Shown here: positions 45,008 through 55,500 of the stretch, piece by piece
Layout: each line of letters opens with the position of its first letter
Position numbering within the stretch: the stretch's first letter is position 1
Virus record (IMG/VR): IMGVR_UViG_3300045999_010308
Span: 1-64,000 of that record
DNA: 64,000 bases
Source: an uncultured virus (IMG/VR IMGVR_UViG_3300045999_010308)
Lineage: Duplodnaviria; Heunggongvirae; Uroviricota; Caudoviricetes
Direction: 5' to 3' (one strand)
The notes under the pieces: generated by a model
Seen by the model: the letters and a program-made list of their open reading frames with translations, nothing else
What the model was told of the DNA's origin: nothing
The model's database searches: none
Program-made: the position numbers and the translations under genes

Positions 45008-46841
45008 GTGATTTTTTAGAACTTCGCTTAGATGCCTTATTGGGTAAGGCTTTCGGGTTATTTATGCCGTGGCTATCCTCGCACGGCTGAGGTGGGGCGG
45101 AAAGAAAAATAAGGGATTGCGAGTCATTCTCGGACTGAGTAGGTATGCGATTCCCTTCCTGCTTCATCTGCTTACTGATCGAGTGTTCGGCATTCTCTAT
45201 CGGCGCGTCCCCGATAGACTCTTGATTTGCATCAAGATCAGGCGTGAATTCCCTCGCTAAACCGAGGTATTTTCCAATCAAAGAGACAGGAAACTTGATT
45301 AAAGAGCCAATCGCTCTTAAAAACTCATCTCGTAAGCCACGAATCAGAATATTTGCGGCGGCATTCTGATCGGCGTGGGCTTCGTAACCACAGCTAGTGC
45401 ATTTAAACTTTGATTGACTAACGCGGTTAGCTTTATTAATATTACCACAATTGAAGCAAGTTTGTGAAGTATGTTTAGGATTAACTCGGATCACTTTTCT
45501 GCCACGTTCTTTGGCTTTATTCTCGATGAACGTGCGAAGTTGACCGATAGCATTATCAAGCAATACTTTATTTAATCCAGACTTTCTTTTTTTGCCATTC
45601 TGTTTATAGCCATTGCCGTCTTCCTTTTCTTTAGGTTTTGCGGCGGCTGTCATGTTTTTTAGTTTTAAATCTTCTAAAATAACTGATTGATATTCGCTGG
45701 TTATTTTATGGGCTAATTGGGCATTTCTCCCTTTTCTTTGACGGGCTATTTTCTCATGAACACGGGCAAGTTTAGCGTAAGTTTTACGCTGATTATTAGA
45801 GTTATCTTTTTGTCTAGAAGCTTGACGTTGCAATCGGTTAAGTCGCTTTTTCTGAATTTTTGCGTAGCGTTTAGCTTCTGATTGTCTCCCTAAGTCATCG
45901 GTAAATATTGCTACAGCACCCATATCTAACCCGACACACTTATCAGATTCTTTGTAGATCGTGTCGTCAGTTTCGATTTCGATAGTTAGCTGTAAATAAT
46001 ATCCCGTCGCTTTACGAGTAATTTTAGCCATTCGGGGAGCTTTCCCTTGCAATCGATCAAGTCCCCGTACTTTCAGTAATCCTATCTTTGAAGAAACAAT
46101 AACTCCATTAGATTTAATCTTTATAGTTTCAGGTTGACCGTTAACAAGAGTCTCTACCTTATCCCGTCTTCCTTTAAACTTAGGAACCCCACGAATACCT
46201 TTTTTAGCGGCATCGTAAGCGGGTTCAATCACACTTTTAAAAAAGCCTTTTTTAAACTCTGTTTCAATTTCACCGATAAATTTTGCTGTATCTTCTCGGA
46301 AATAAAAAGCAAGTTTCTGTCTATTAAGATAGTTAACAGCATCCTTATCAATATTTTCAGCATTCATAAAACGACGGATAGGAATAGCATCTAAGGGAGT
46401 GTACTCTTTTCCGTTACTTGTCTTTTTAAAATAGGCGATTTTACAGCAAGGATTACCGATTAAAAGTTCTTTCTCTTCATCTTTAAGGGTTTCAAACTCT
46501 TTTTCGTCGTAATGCCCAAAATAACTTAACTCCCATATTTCAGGGCTAAACTCATCAAATTTATGTTTTGTGCGATAATATCTTTGTTTTGATTCTTCCT
46601 TAAGTGCGATCGAAAGATTCCAGAGTAACTTACACGCCACTAAAGAACGATCAATCTCTGTGATTTGTTCTTTAGTAGGATGTATTTTAAATTCTAAGAC
46701 TTTCCTAGGAGGCTTTTCTTCCTTTGTCTTAGGAGTCTTTTTGACAATACTAAACCTTATATGCCCGTCTTTAGAACTAGGCGTTTTTTGAATTTGATAC
46801 TCATCTACTTTACGCTTAACTTTACTTTTTTTGGCTCTCAT
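44952..46841 (-). CDS. TnpB-derived compact type V CRISPR effector 2 (C2c8/V-U2-like), RuvC residues present
   Basis: LEFKIHPT..Q...I...WN; RuvC-I GLDMG, RuvC-II LEDL, CFNC/CTSC, RuvC-III ADQNAAANI; array 2 lies 98 bp downstream. Confidence 0.85.
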   Translation of the reverse strand: MRAKKSKVKRKVDEYQIQKTPSSKDGHIRFSIVKKTPKTKEEKPPRKVLEFKIHPTKEQITEIDRSLVACKLLWNLSIALKEESKQRYYRTKHKFDEFSPEIWELSYFGHYDEKEFETLKDEEKELLIGNPCCKIAYFKKTSNGKEYTPLDAIPIRRFMNAENIDKDAVNYLNRQKLAFYFREDTAKFIGEIETEFKKGFFKSVIEPAYDAAKKGIRGVPKFKGRRDKVETLVNGQPETIKIKSNGVIVSSKIGLLKVRGLDRLQGKAPRMAKITRKATGYYLQLTIEIETDDTIYKESDKCVGLDMGAVAIFTDDLGRQSEAKRYAKIQKKRLNRLQRQASRQKDNSNNQRKTYAKLARVHEKIARQRKGRNAQLAHKITSEYQSVILEDLKLKNMTAAAKPKEKEDGNGYKQNGKKRKSGLNKVLLDNAIGQLRTFIENKAKERGRKVIRVNPKHTSQTCFNCGNINKANRVSQSKFKCTSCGYEAHADQNAAANILIRGLRDEFLRAIGSLIKFPVSLIGKYLGLAREFTPDLDANQESIGDAPIENAEHSISKQMKQEGNRIPTQSENDSQSLIFLSAPPQPCEDSHGINNPKALPNKASKRSSKKSRGAIPENPDQLTIWDLLA

Positions 46842-46962
46842 GGATCGACCTTCCTTTATTCTTATTTAAATCTACCACAACCCTACTAGAAATGTCAAGT
46901 AAAAAGTCTAAAGATTTTTTGGGATACCAGTTCCCACATCAGAACCTGTAGCCCAACCCTTA
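46832..46962. repeat. 131-bp perfect direct repeat, copy 2
   Basis: identical to 43937-44067; includes the last codons of ORF 46908..47276. Confidence 0.95.
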
Positions 46963-47276
46963 TAAAAGTTAAAGGCGGTAGTATCAATATAAAGGGGAAA
47001 ACCTATAGCTTCCCAACAGTATAATAATCTTGGCACATCAACAATCTGAGACTTATAATTTAATCCTGTTTCAGTGATGATAAATTTTTCAAAAATCTCT
47101 GGGGCAACTAAAACAGAACAATAGCTAGTATCGTTAAATTTACCAGATTTTTTGGCTAATTCAGAAGTAATTGCGATCAAAATCTCTTTTGTAAGTAATC
47201 TTTCTTGCGATATATTGCAACTATCTAAGTTAGTCCAAGCGGTAAATTTAACATAATTAGATCGGGAATTAAACAT
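46908..47276 (-). CDS. hypothetical protein upstream of effector 2
   Basis: 122-aa ORF; related promoter at 47321-47350. Confidence 0.55.
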   Translation of the reverse strand: MFNSRSNYVKFTAWTNLDSCNISQERLLTKEILIAITSELAKKSGKFNDTSYCSVLVAPEIFEKFIITETGLNYKSQIVDVPRLLYCWEAIGFPLYIDTTAFNFYKGWATGSDVGTGIPKNL

Positions 47277-47343
47277 AACTTATAGCAGAAAAAGGTGCTA
47301 AACTATATTTGACTAACTTAAATCTACCATAAACCTACTAGAA

Positions 47344-47496
47344 ATGTCAAATGAAAATAAGGATATAGATTATTATCCTCTCAATGCCCGTATCTCGATC
47401 CCCGAAGAGAAAAAGCTAAAAAACTACTGTAAAGCCCAAAAGCGGTCAATAACCGAGGTAGTCCGGGAATTGATTAGAAGTTTACCCGATGACTGA
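47344..47496 (+). CDS. 50-aa CopG/ribbon-helix-helix regulator, missed by ORF track
   Basis: MSNENKDIDYYPLNARISIPEEKKLKNYCKAQKRSITEVVRELIRSLPDD; followed by terminator. Confidence 0.75.
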   Translation: MSNENKDIDYYPLNARISIPEEKKLKNYCKAQKRSITEVVRELIRSLPDD

Positions 47497-47528
47497 TACT
47501 CAAGAGTGTTGTCGGAATAGCCAACACA

Positions 47529-47558
47529 AAAAGTGCCAGTTCATAGACTGGCACTTTT
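47529..47558. terminator. bidirectional intrinsic terminator
   Basis: AAAAGTGCCAGT-loop-ACTGGCACTTTT between convergent genes. Confidence 0.75.
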
Positions 47559-47562
47559 AACT

Positions 47563-48384
47563 TTATTCCCCAATTAATAGTTGACGGTTTCTAGCCTTAG
47601 AAAAAAGCTGCTTAACTTCCTTGAGGTTTTCGGTGGGGACATAGGATGCTTGATTAACTCGCAACCCCTGACACACTAAATGAGAGTGTCCATTCTTCTC
47701 TAACCAACGCTCTAACTCTCTTCCAGACTTGAATCCTAGTTCTTTCCCTAACTCAGCAGTAGAACGACCCTCAAAACTCACGTTTCGTCCGTTTTTACAA
47801 ATAATTGTCTCAGTAATTTTTTCAACCTTCTCGATCACAATATCTGGACGGCCATCTAACAAGGCTAAAACCTCAGCACCATGTATTAATCGAATTGCGT
47901 CACGCCGATCCATGTAGTAGGTTTTGGCTTTTGTCAGTTCTAACTCAAGTTCTAATTCTCGAATACGTCCACTTTGAGCGGGGATTACTTCTTTGATAAG
48001 TTGCTTTGCTTGACTAAATGCCTTGACTAAGTTGCGCTTACAAGCAATGACCTGCGAAGTATTTCGAGACAGTGTCATCAAAAAAGTTGCTTGCTCTTCA
48101 TTCAGGTAGCAGTAACGCTCAGGACGACCGCCGCTAGAGCCTTCTAGGGGTTTCGACATTTGAAATGCGACAACTCCAAACTCTTGAATCTCGTCAATGT
48201 ATTTTTCTATGGTTTGACGCAAGGCGCGGTGTTCAATCCCCAACTCATCAGCAATCAAACGAGAATCAACGACAAGACAATCATTCTGTGATACTATTTC
48301 AATAGCCATATTGGCCTCTTGTTCAGGTAATGTGGTTAGTCCCCCGGTACTAACGGGGGCATCGCTACAATTGTACCATTTCAA
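47563..48384 (-). CDS. Rha-family phage regulatory/antirepressor protein
   Basis: VVDSRLIA..LG..H....GGRP..Y..LNE.QATFLMT.SRN...V...K..LV.AF; true start probably MAIEIV. Confidence 0.85.
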   Translation of the reverse strand: MKWYNCSDAPVSTGGLTTLPEQEANMAIEIVSQNDCLVVDSRLIADELGIEHRALRQTIEKYIDEIQEFGVVAFQMSKPLEGSSGGRPERYCYLNEEQATFLMTLSRNTSQVIACKRNLVKAFSQAKQLIKEVIPAQSGRIRELELELELTKAKTYYMDRRDAIRLIHGAEVLALLDGRPDIVIEKVEKITETIICKNGRNVSFEGRSTAELGKELGFKSGRELERWLEKNGHSHLVCQGLRVNQASYVPTENLKEVKQLFSKARNRQLLIGE

Positions 48385-48500
48385 ATAGTTGCTTGACGAT
48401 TCTAGTCAGTAGGAAGAAATAATCAGGGAAAGAGGATTAAAATAATCCTCTTTCTTTTTTAGTGTCCTATGCTGGCAGTCATTGTTAGTTTGTAGTTAGA

Positions 48501-48739
48501 TTGTAGATATTGTTATTAACAATAGAACCCTTGATATATATAGCTTCTAGACTTTGTTAATACTGTTAACGCTATCTCCCGATATTATTTTTTTACGCTC
48601 TTATTGCTGAGACTGTCTTTCCTTTTTACCCCATTTTCTTTTTTTTCTCTATACGACATCAACGACATCAACAAAGCCTAAAACCTAGACAGGGTAAAGG
48701 TTTCGATTGTCAATAACTTTATTAACAATCGAATTACAA
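48501..48739. repeat. ~240-bp quasi-palindromic non-coding element, copy 2
   Basis: imperfect match to 37678-37917; flanked by GTTAGATTGTA/TACAATCTAAC inverted ends. Confidence 0.8.
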
Positions 48740-48763
48740 TCTAACTTCTCACGGCATTACCTC

Positions 48764-49075
48764 TCAGTTACGCGGAAAAAACTCTGGACATCTTTTTTTA
48801 GCGTTGACAAGGATTGCTTCTGTTTGACCTCTCACAATTTCATCGCGCAAAATATACAGTATTTCTGATCCTGATCCTGTCCCCGTCCCTACTCTTGCTG
48901 TTGCGTACGGAAAAACAGCAGAACTAATCGCTCCCATAGTTTCTCCCAGTGTCAGTCCAGATTTGAGATACTGACAAGTTCTTTTCTCAAGTATCTCTTG
49001 AGTTTGAGCATCGAGAGACAGTGCCACGGTAGGCATCATTCCTAAAAACAATAAGCTTAAAACAATCTTTCTCAT
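48764..49075 (-). CDS. small secreted protein
   Basis: signal peptide; C...C pair (CQYL...KRCPE). Confidence 0.55.
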   Translation of the reverse strand: MRKIVLSLLFLGMMPTVALSLDAQTQEILEKRTCQYLKSGLTLGETMGAISSAVFPYATARVGTGTGSGSEILYILRDEIVRGQTEAILVNAKKRCPEFFPRN

Positions 49076-49093
49076 CGGGGTTATGGTAATTTT

Positions 49094-49537
49094 CTATGAT
49101 TTTACCACTCCCAAAACAGGTACTCGATAAATTAGTACAGGCGGGTATTCATGGATATAGGTCTTAGTCACGCCATTTATTGAATCAGCATGGATGTACT
49201 CACCATCTCCCAGATAAATCCCCACGTGACCATTTACTCCTGACTTACGAAACATCAAAATATCTCCTTTAAACAAATCACCTTCAACTCTATCTAGTAA
49301 GCGATCAAGGAATTTAACTAAGAAGTTATTCCGGGGAATCCGTTCGTAGTTTTCAATAATGAAATCATGAGGCAAGAATCCGACTTCAATCCCTACGCCA
49401 GCGATAAATCCTACACAATCGGTTCCAATTCCTTTAAGCGATTGACCATGAAACCAAGGAGTACCGAGCCATTCAAGAGATTCAGCAACGATTTGATTAC
49501 CCAAAGAATCGTTTTTTAGTTCGTTCATTTTGTGCAT
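49094..49537 (-). CDS. NlpC/P60 tail-associated peptidase (GTA-type)
   Basis: WLGTPW.H.....G.GTDC.GF; GD.L.FR...H.GI......IHA. Confidence 0.9.
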   Translation of the reverse strand: MHKMNELKNDSLGNQIVAESLEWLGTPWFHGQSLKGIGTDCVGFIAGVGIEVGFLPHDFIIENYERIPRNNFLVKFLDRLLDRVEGDLFKGDILMFRKSGVNGHVGIYLGDGEYIHADSINGVTKTYIHEYPPVLIYRVPVLGVVKS

Positions 49538-52500
49538 TTTCCCGTTCTTTCAATTGATTTAAACTATAACCCATATCATTCCGTGATTCTACAGTCACAT
49601 TATTGGTGTTATTAATTACCAAAGACTGATTAGAGCTATTAGTATTTGAAGTTGTGGAGTAATTAGGCTTACCCCCGACAAATCCTCCATTAGCATAGTT
49701 CTTAATAGGAGCGTTGTTTCTGTACTCTAGATATGCTTCTGTTTCTTTAGGGTTGAGAACTAATTCGTCTTCATTGGCTACGATTAATCGAGGTTTTCGG
49801 CCTCCTGACATTGATCGTTCACGCTGGAAAGCTGAAATGATATTTTTCTCTATCGGAACATTGGCATCCCCAACTTTCCCGCCATCACTAAATAAGCTGA
49901 ATCCTGTACCTAGAGAAAAGGCAGAAGCTGGGACAGAAGCAAAGCTAGAGGCTCCTATACTACCAAGTGATCCAATGGAACCGAGTCCTCCACTAAAAAT
50001 CCCTGTTATTCCACTAAATAAGCTATTAAATAAGCCACCTCCGCCACCGCCCCCAAAAATAGAGGAAAAGATGTTACCTACTGGTTTGAAGATACTGTTT
50101 AGGGCGTTAGTAAAGAAATTGCCTACTGGCCCGATGATTGCATTAAATACTGATTCAAATGCCTGAGTAATCGGCTTTATAAATCCATCGATAGCAGAAG
50201 TTAGGACATCGATAGCAGGCTTAGTAATACCCTCGACAAATTTTGTCATGATATTTAAGCCAAGACTACTAAAAGCTGATCCTATTCCTTTTCCTTCTCT
50301 AATATCAGAGAAAAAGCTTTCAGCTGCGCCACGATTTGGGGAAGCGTCTAACTCCGCTCGTTCTAATCTTAATTCTGCAAGTTTTTCCCATTCCGAGCGA
50401 ATATTAGCCACATATTCAGCGTATTGTGGTAAGTTTTTGTAAGGTTCTAAATAATCCTCTAATTCTTCTTTTTCTTTTTGTAGGCTAATACGTTCGGCAA
50501 GGATAGCAGAATCATCAAATAAAGTCGGTCGGGATTGATTCTCTAACTTCATTCTTTGGACAGTTAAATCATTTAACCGATCACGAATACTCCTGACTGT
50601 ATCTCTGGTTTTTCTAAATGATGCTTCTAAGGTAGCTACTCCCTGATTCTTGCCTAATCGTTCAATTGCTTGATCAAGAATTGTTACCTGTTCTTTAGCT
50701 GATTCAGCGTTTTTAGCTAAAACCTCGATACTATCTGTCATCTCTTTGACAAATTCAGGAGGAAGAGCTATACCTTTTTCTTGAAATTCTCCTAAGATTT
50801 CTTTTATTGCGTCGCTGTATTTTTTTTGAGCGTCGGCATTTAAAAGTAAAGTCCGTCGCTGGTCTTGTAGTGATTCAATCTGAGAGCGGTATTGTCGAGA
50901 GACTTCTGTGGCACTCTTATTAATTTCTTCTTGTACTGTCAGATACCCTTTAGAGTTGATAGTCAAATCAGCGACATTCTCGGAAGCATCTCTTAAAGTA
51001 CGTTCTAATCCACGGGCATCTTCCTCTTGCTGCCGTCTAAATTTCATTGATCTGTCAAGAGCATTGTTTAGATTTTGTTGCTCTTCTAGTCGTCTTGAAA
51101 ACTCCTCAGCGTTTTGGTTAGCTATTTCAGCTTTGCGAATTTGATCAGCGGCCGCATCAAGATTACCCGTAGGGAGATTAGGAACGGGAAGTAAATTAGG
51201 ACTCTGGAAGTTAATCGGATTGTCTTTAAGAACCGGTGGTAAATCGGCATCCCAGAAATTATCTTGATTTTGATTAGGTAGAGTCGGTAATTGGGCTATA
51301 GGTGGAGGACTACTATATTCTGGACCACCTTGATTTCTTCTGAATTGCCGAAGAAATTCCCGGTAATACTGCATTACTATCTTGACATCTTCAACAGTAC
51401 CCTTGGCTAATTGACCATTTCTAACATTTCCTGGTCCTGCTTTGTAGGCTGATATAGCTAACTCAATATTGCCGTTAAATCGCTCAAGCATTCTAGCAAG
51501 ATAAGTTGCGCCGCCAATTAGATTTTCAGTAGGATTAAGGGGATTTACTCCTAACTCTTCGGCAGTGCCAGGCATTAATTGACTAAGTCCCATTGCACCC
51601 GCTGAACTCTTATGGATTTGAGTAGGATGATCGGGATCCATGTGATGGAAACTTGATTCTTTTTTAATTAAAGCGGCAAAAAGAAGCGGATCAATGCCAA
51701 CTTGTCTAGCCGCACCTTCAATCAAAGAAGCAAAGGGAACTTTAGGAAATCCTGAACTTACAGTATTTTTTTGTTGATTTGCAATCGCATCAAACACTCG
51801 TAAAGTGTCGCGATTTGATAAAGCTGATCGCCCTCGAAAATTTGCAGTTTCTGAGAGTCCTAAGTGGAGATGAGGTGCTCCTCCAGCCATGCCTACGCCG
51901 CCTAAAACTACTCCTTCTTTTACTTGTTGCCCTACCTGAAAATTTTGTGCAAGATCAGTTAAATGAGTATAGTAAGCGTGTGTCAAAGTTTTCCCATCTA
52001 CGACAATTGGAATATCAAATTGGATTTTGATCGAATGTTGATTTTGATATCCAGGTAAACTTGGATTAGAATCTTCTTTATTAATTGTTCCGCCTGGTCC
52101 AGCACTAACAATCCTTCCTGATCGAATATTTAAAACTGGCGTTCCTACGGGCGCAAAAACATCAACTCCGCGATGTTGATCGCCCTGATCGCCTGTGATT
52201 TGCCCGTTTGGAACAGGATAAACAAAGATATTGCGCGGGATATTTTTAAATTCCGAGCCGTTAAAAGTTTGTCGAAAATTATTGCGGCCTTTTAACGACT
52301 GTGGTGGCGGTAAAAACCCTCCCCCATTCCACACAGGAGCAGGGGCGAAATTACCAGGTGCTGGTAGTATCAAACCTTCCTTAGCTTTTCTAATTGCCTC
52401 AGCAGTTTCCTCTATACTTTTTACTAAGTCTTCTCCAGAAGTCTTAATATTTGGGGGAATAGCCACTAACTCAGAATTGATTAATTTAATTGGTTCTGGA

Positions 52501-55500
52501 AGTGTATTAAGATTTGTGACAATATCCTTGATTGATTGGGGAATAAAGCCTAATTCTTTATTAGTTTGTCGGATTAAATCAGCTAAAGTGCGATTAAGGT
52601 TTTCCTGAGTCCGTTTAATATCCTCAATCGTTCTTAGTCTATTTCTTTCAGCGTCTTGCTGTTGCTCTTGTAGATTACGGATATTTCTTAGGGTAGAGAT
52701 ATAGGAAGTTTCTATCTCCTCGGTTCGGGATTGGAAGGTGCGTCCGCGACTGGCAAGGTCAGCTTGTCCCTGTACAAATTCCAGGAAAATGTCCCCTAAT
52801 TCTTTACCAGCGTCGCTTGTACCGGGTATTAATAACCGATTTTTAACTTGCTGTACCCTGATTCTATCAGTTGTATCTAGTAGCTGATTTTGGGCATTTA
52901 AGAGGTTCTTATCGAGTTCCCTAACTAAATCACTGTAACTTTCAGATAGGGAACGATTCTCTTTAAATGCTGACAGTTGAGCGTCTTCAATCTGTCTCCT
53001 GTAATCGTCAATCTGACGATTAAAGTCGATTATCTGACGGTCAAGGTTGCGGTAATAGTCTTGTAGTGATGTTTGTTGCTGTAATAGGTTAGCGCGGGCT
53101 TGTTCTAGGGCTAATCGGGTATTATCAACCTCTTGCTGAATCACATTAGGGTCGTCTGACGCACTTTCTAATCGACGATAAGCCTCTCCTAATAATCTCT
53201 CTTGGTTGCGAACTTCTGATAAGGCATCCCGATAGGAAGCGGCTGGCCCCCCAAAGGGTAATTGCCTTAAAGTAGCAATTCTCTCGTTGACATTGGCACC
53301 GACTATTGATGCTTGTCTGGCATTTCTTGCGCGCTCTCGTCTAGCGTTAGCAATTTCTAGTTCTGTATCAACAATTGATTTATCAATAGTTAAAGTTTGT
53401 CGTCTAATAGATGCTTGCTGTTTAGCTGTTTCTAATACCTGTTTTAATTCAAAAGGCGATTGATCTCCCAACTGTTGTAACCGATCACCTATAGCTTCTG
53501 GTGACACACTTCCCTGCTGTAATGCCGTTCTAAAATCTATTCCATTTAATTCAGGCATTAACTCAGTTATTCGCTGATTAATCTGATCTGTTAGGGTGTT
53601 TTGTAATTCTTTTTCTTTAGTTGCCAGTAATCCATTAAGCGAATTAAACTGATCCTTGACAATAGATAGGCTCTGTTCTCTAACGGTCAAGTCTATTTCA
53701 AACGGCTTCAGGTTCCCAGATAAAACTTGTCGTTTAATATCTGTTTCAGACAAAATAGTTCGACCACTAGAGACAAATTCAATATTAGATAAAGCTCTTG
53801 CTACTTTATTTATTTGTTCTGTTAATTGTTGATAGTTGACTAAATTCTCTTTGACTGCTTCGTTATATTTTTCTTGCGATTCTTTTAATTTTCTAAGTTG
53901 AACTTCAGTAATTTCTAGCTGGATACTAGCATTATCTTTTTGGGAATTAGAAGACTCTGGATCATCTAAAACTTTTTTAATTGCTGTAATTCTTTCTTCT
54001 GTAGATGCTATCTCATTAACAATAAGCCCAATTTGAGGAAAGTATTTTTCCGTTAAAGCTTGTATTTCTTGGTTTACTTTCGCAATTTCTTGACGAACAG
54101 ATGTAGCTTTTTTAATGTCAGCATCTCCACTAGCTATGATTTCATCTATCTTGAGGTCTTTCGCTTTTTGCCGCAATGTGTCAAGTTTACCTGTAAATTC
54201 GGTAATCTTTGTATCACTGAATGTATCGGTTGATAATCTTAAAATTTGTGTCGTATCAATGAGTCCCCCCGCAGTAAATTCTAAGCTTTTATCTCTTTCT
54301 CTGTTGTTTTTAAATCGCTGAATTGCGGTTGCACTATCAGTTATAACAGTAGAAGCTTTAGGTGTAGGCAAAGGTTTCTCTAGTAATCTTCTCAATTCTT
54401 GTAACGATTCTTGAGTTGATTTAAGAGATCGTTTAGACTCTTCGGAGCCTGCGTTGATGTACTGATAAAGCTCTTTAAAAGCTTCCATTACACCATAAAT
54501 TAAAGCAGTCCATCCTAGTCCTTTAAGTAGTCCTACTCCAATCTGAGATATTGCCCCACGAGTAGATGCCGCTGTAACTCCCAGTGCTTTTAATCCTAAG
54601 TCTATAAGTCCGATATTTTTTAAAACCATAATAAAACCGCCAGCACTAACAACACCAATAGATGTCAATACAGTAGCTAACGACTGACCATTTTTCGTTA
54701 ATATTTCTAGTCCTTTTGTTATTAATGGTAATCCTAATTTAGAAGCGTTTAATAAAGATTCGCCTAATGAAATGCGAAGCAATTCTATCTGATTTTGAAC
54801 TCTGGCAACTTGAGCAAAAGCAGTATCATCAATAACACTAAGTCCACCAGCACTTTCTAAGTTAATCTGTGTAGCTAGTTTAGGTAGCAAATCTTCTGCT
54901 AAAATAGATCCTGATTCAACTAATTTAATAAATTCTTGAGAAGTCAATCCCATAGAACGAGCAGCAATCTGTAACGCGCCTGGCATTGCTTCACCTAACT
55001 GAGAGTTAAGTTCTTCCATTGAAACACGACCTTTACTAGCTATCTGAGTAATGGCTAGTAAAGCTCTGTCTTGCTGTTGAGAACTAGCACCTCTAGTAGC
55101 CAATCCTAATGTTATTCCTTCAAAAATTTTATCTTTTTGAAATTCTAATGGCGTATTTATTACAGAAGCACTAAACTGCTGATAATTTTTGGCAGAAGAT
55201 AAAAATGATATTCCTAATCGGTCAGCTTGTATCTTTAATTTAGCAAGAGAAGATTCAGCATTTCCAGTTGAGAAATTTAAGACTGTTTCAAGCCGCTCCA
55301 TGTTTAATGCTGCTTGAAAAGAATCAGTGGTAAATTGTCGAAAAAACACACCGGCTTGCTGAAGAATTTGAAAACCAGCAAAAGCTGATAACAGTGTTCT
55401 TGCTCCAAGCAAGACTCGTTTAATAGGTTCAGGCAAGTTATTTAACTGATTTTTAATTGCTTCAAATGCCTTACCTATTTTTTGTAATTGAGTAGGATTG

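Noticed and set aside
42261..46841. Interpretation as IS200/IS605/IS607 insertion sequences
   Set aside because: No tnpA or serine recombinase and no evident element ends; both genes are enlarged and directly followed by CRISPR arrays
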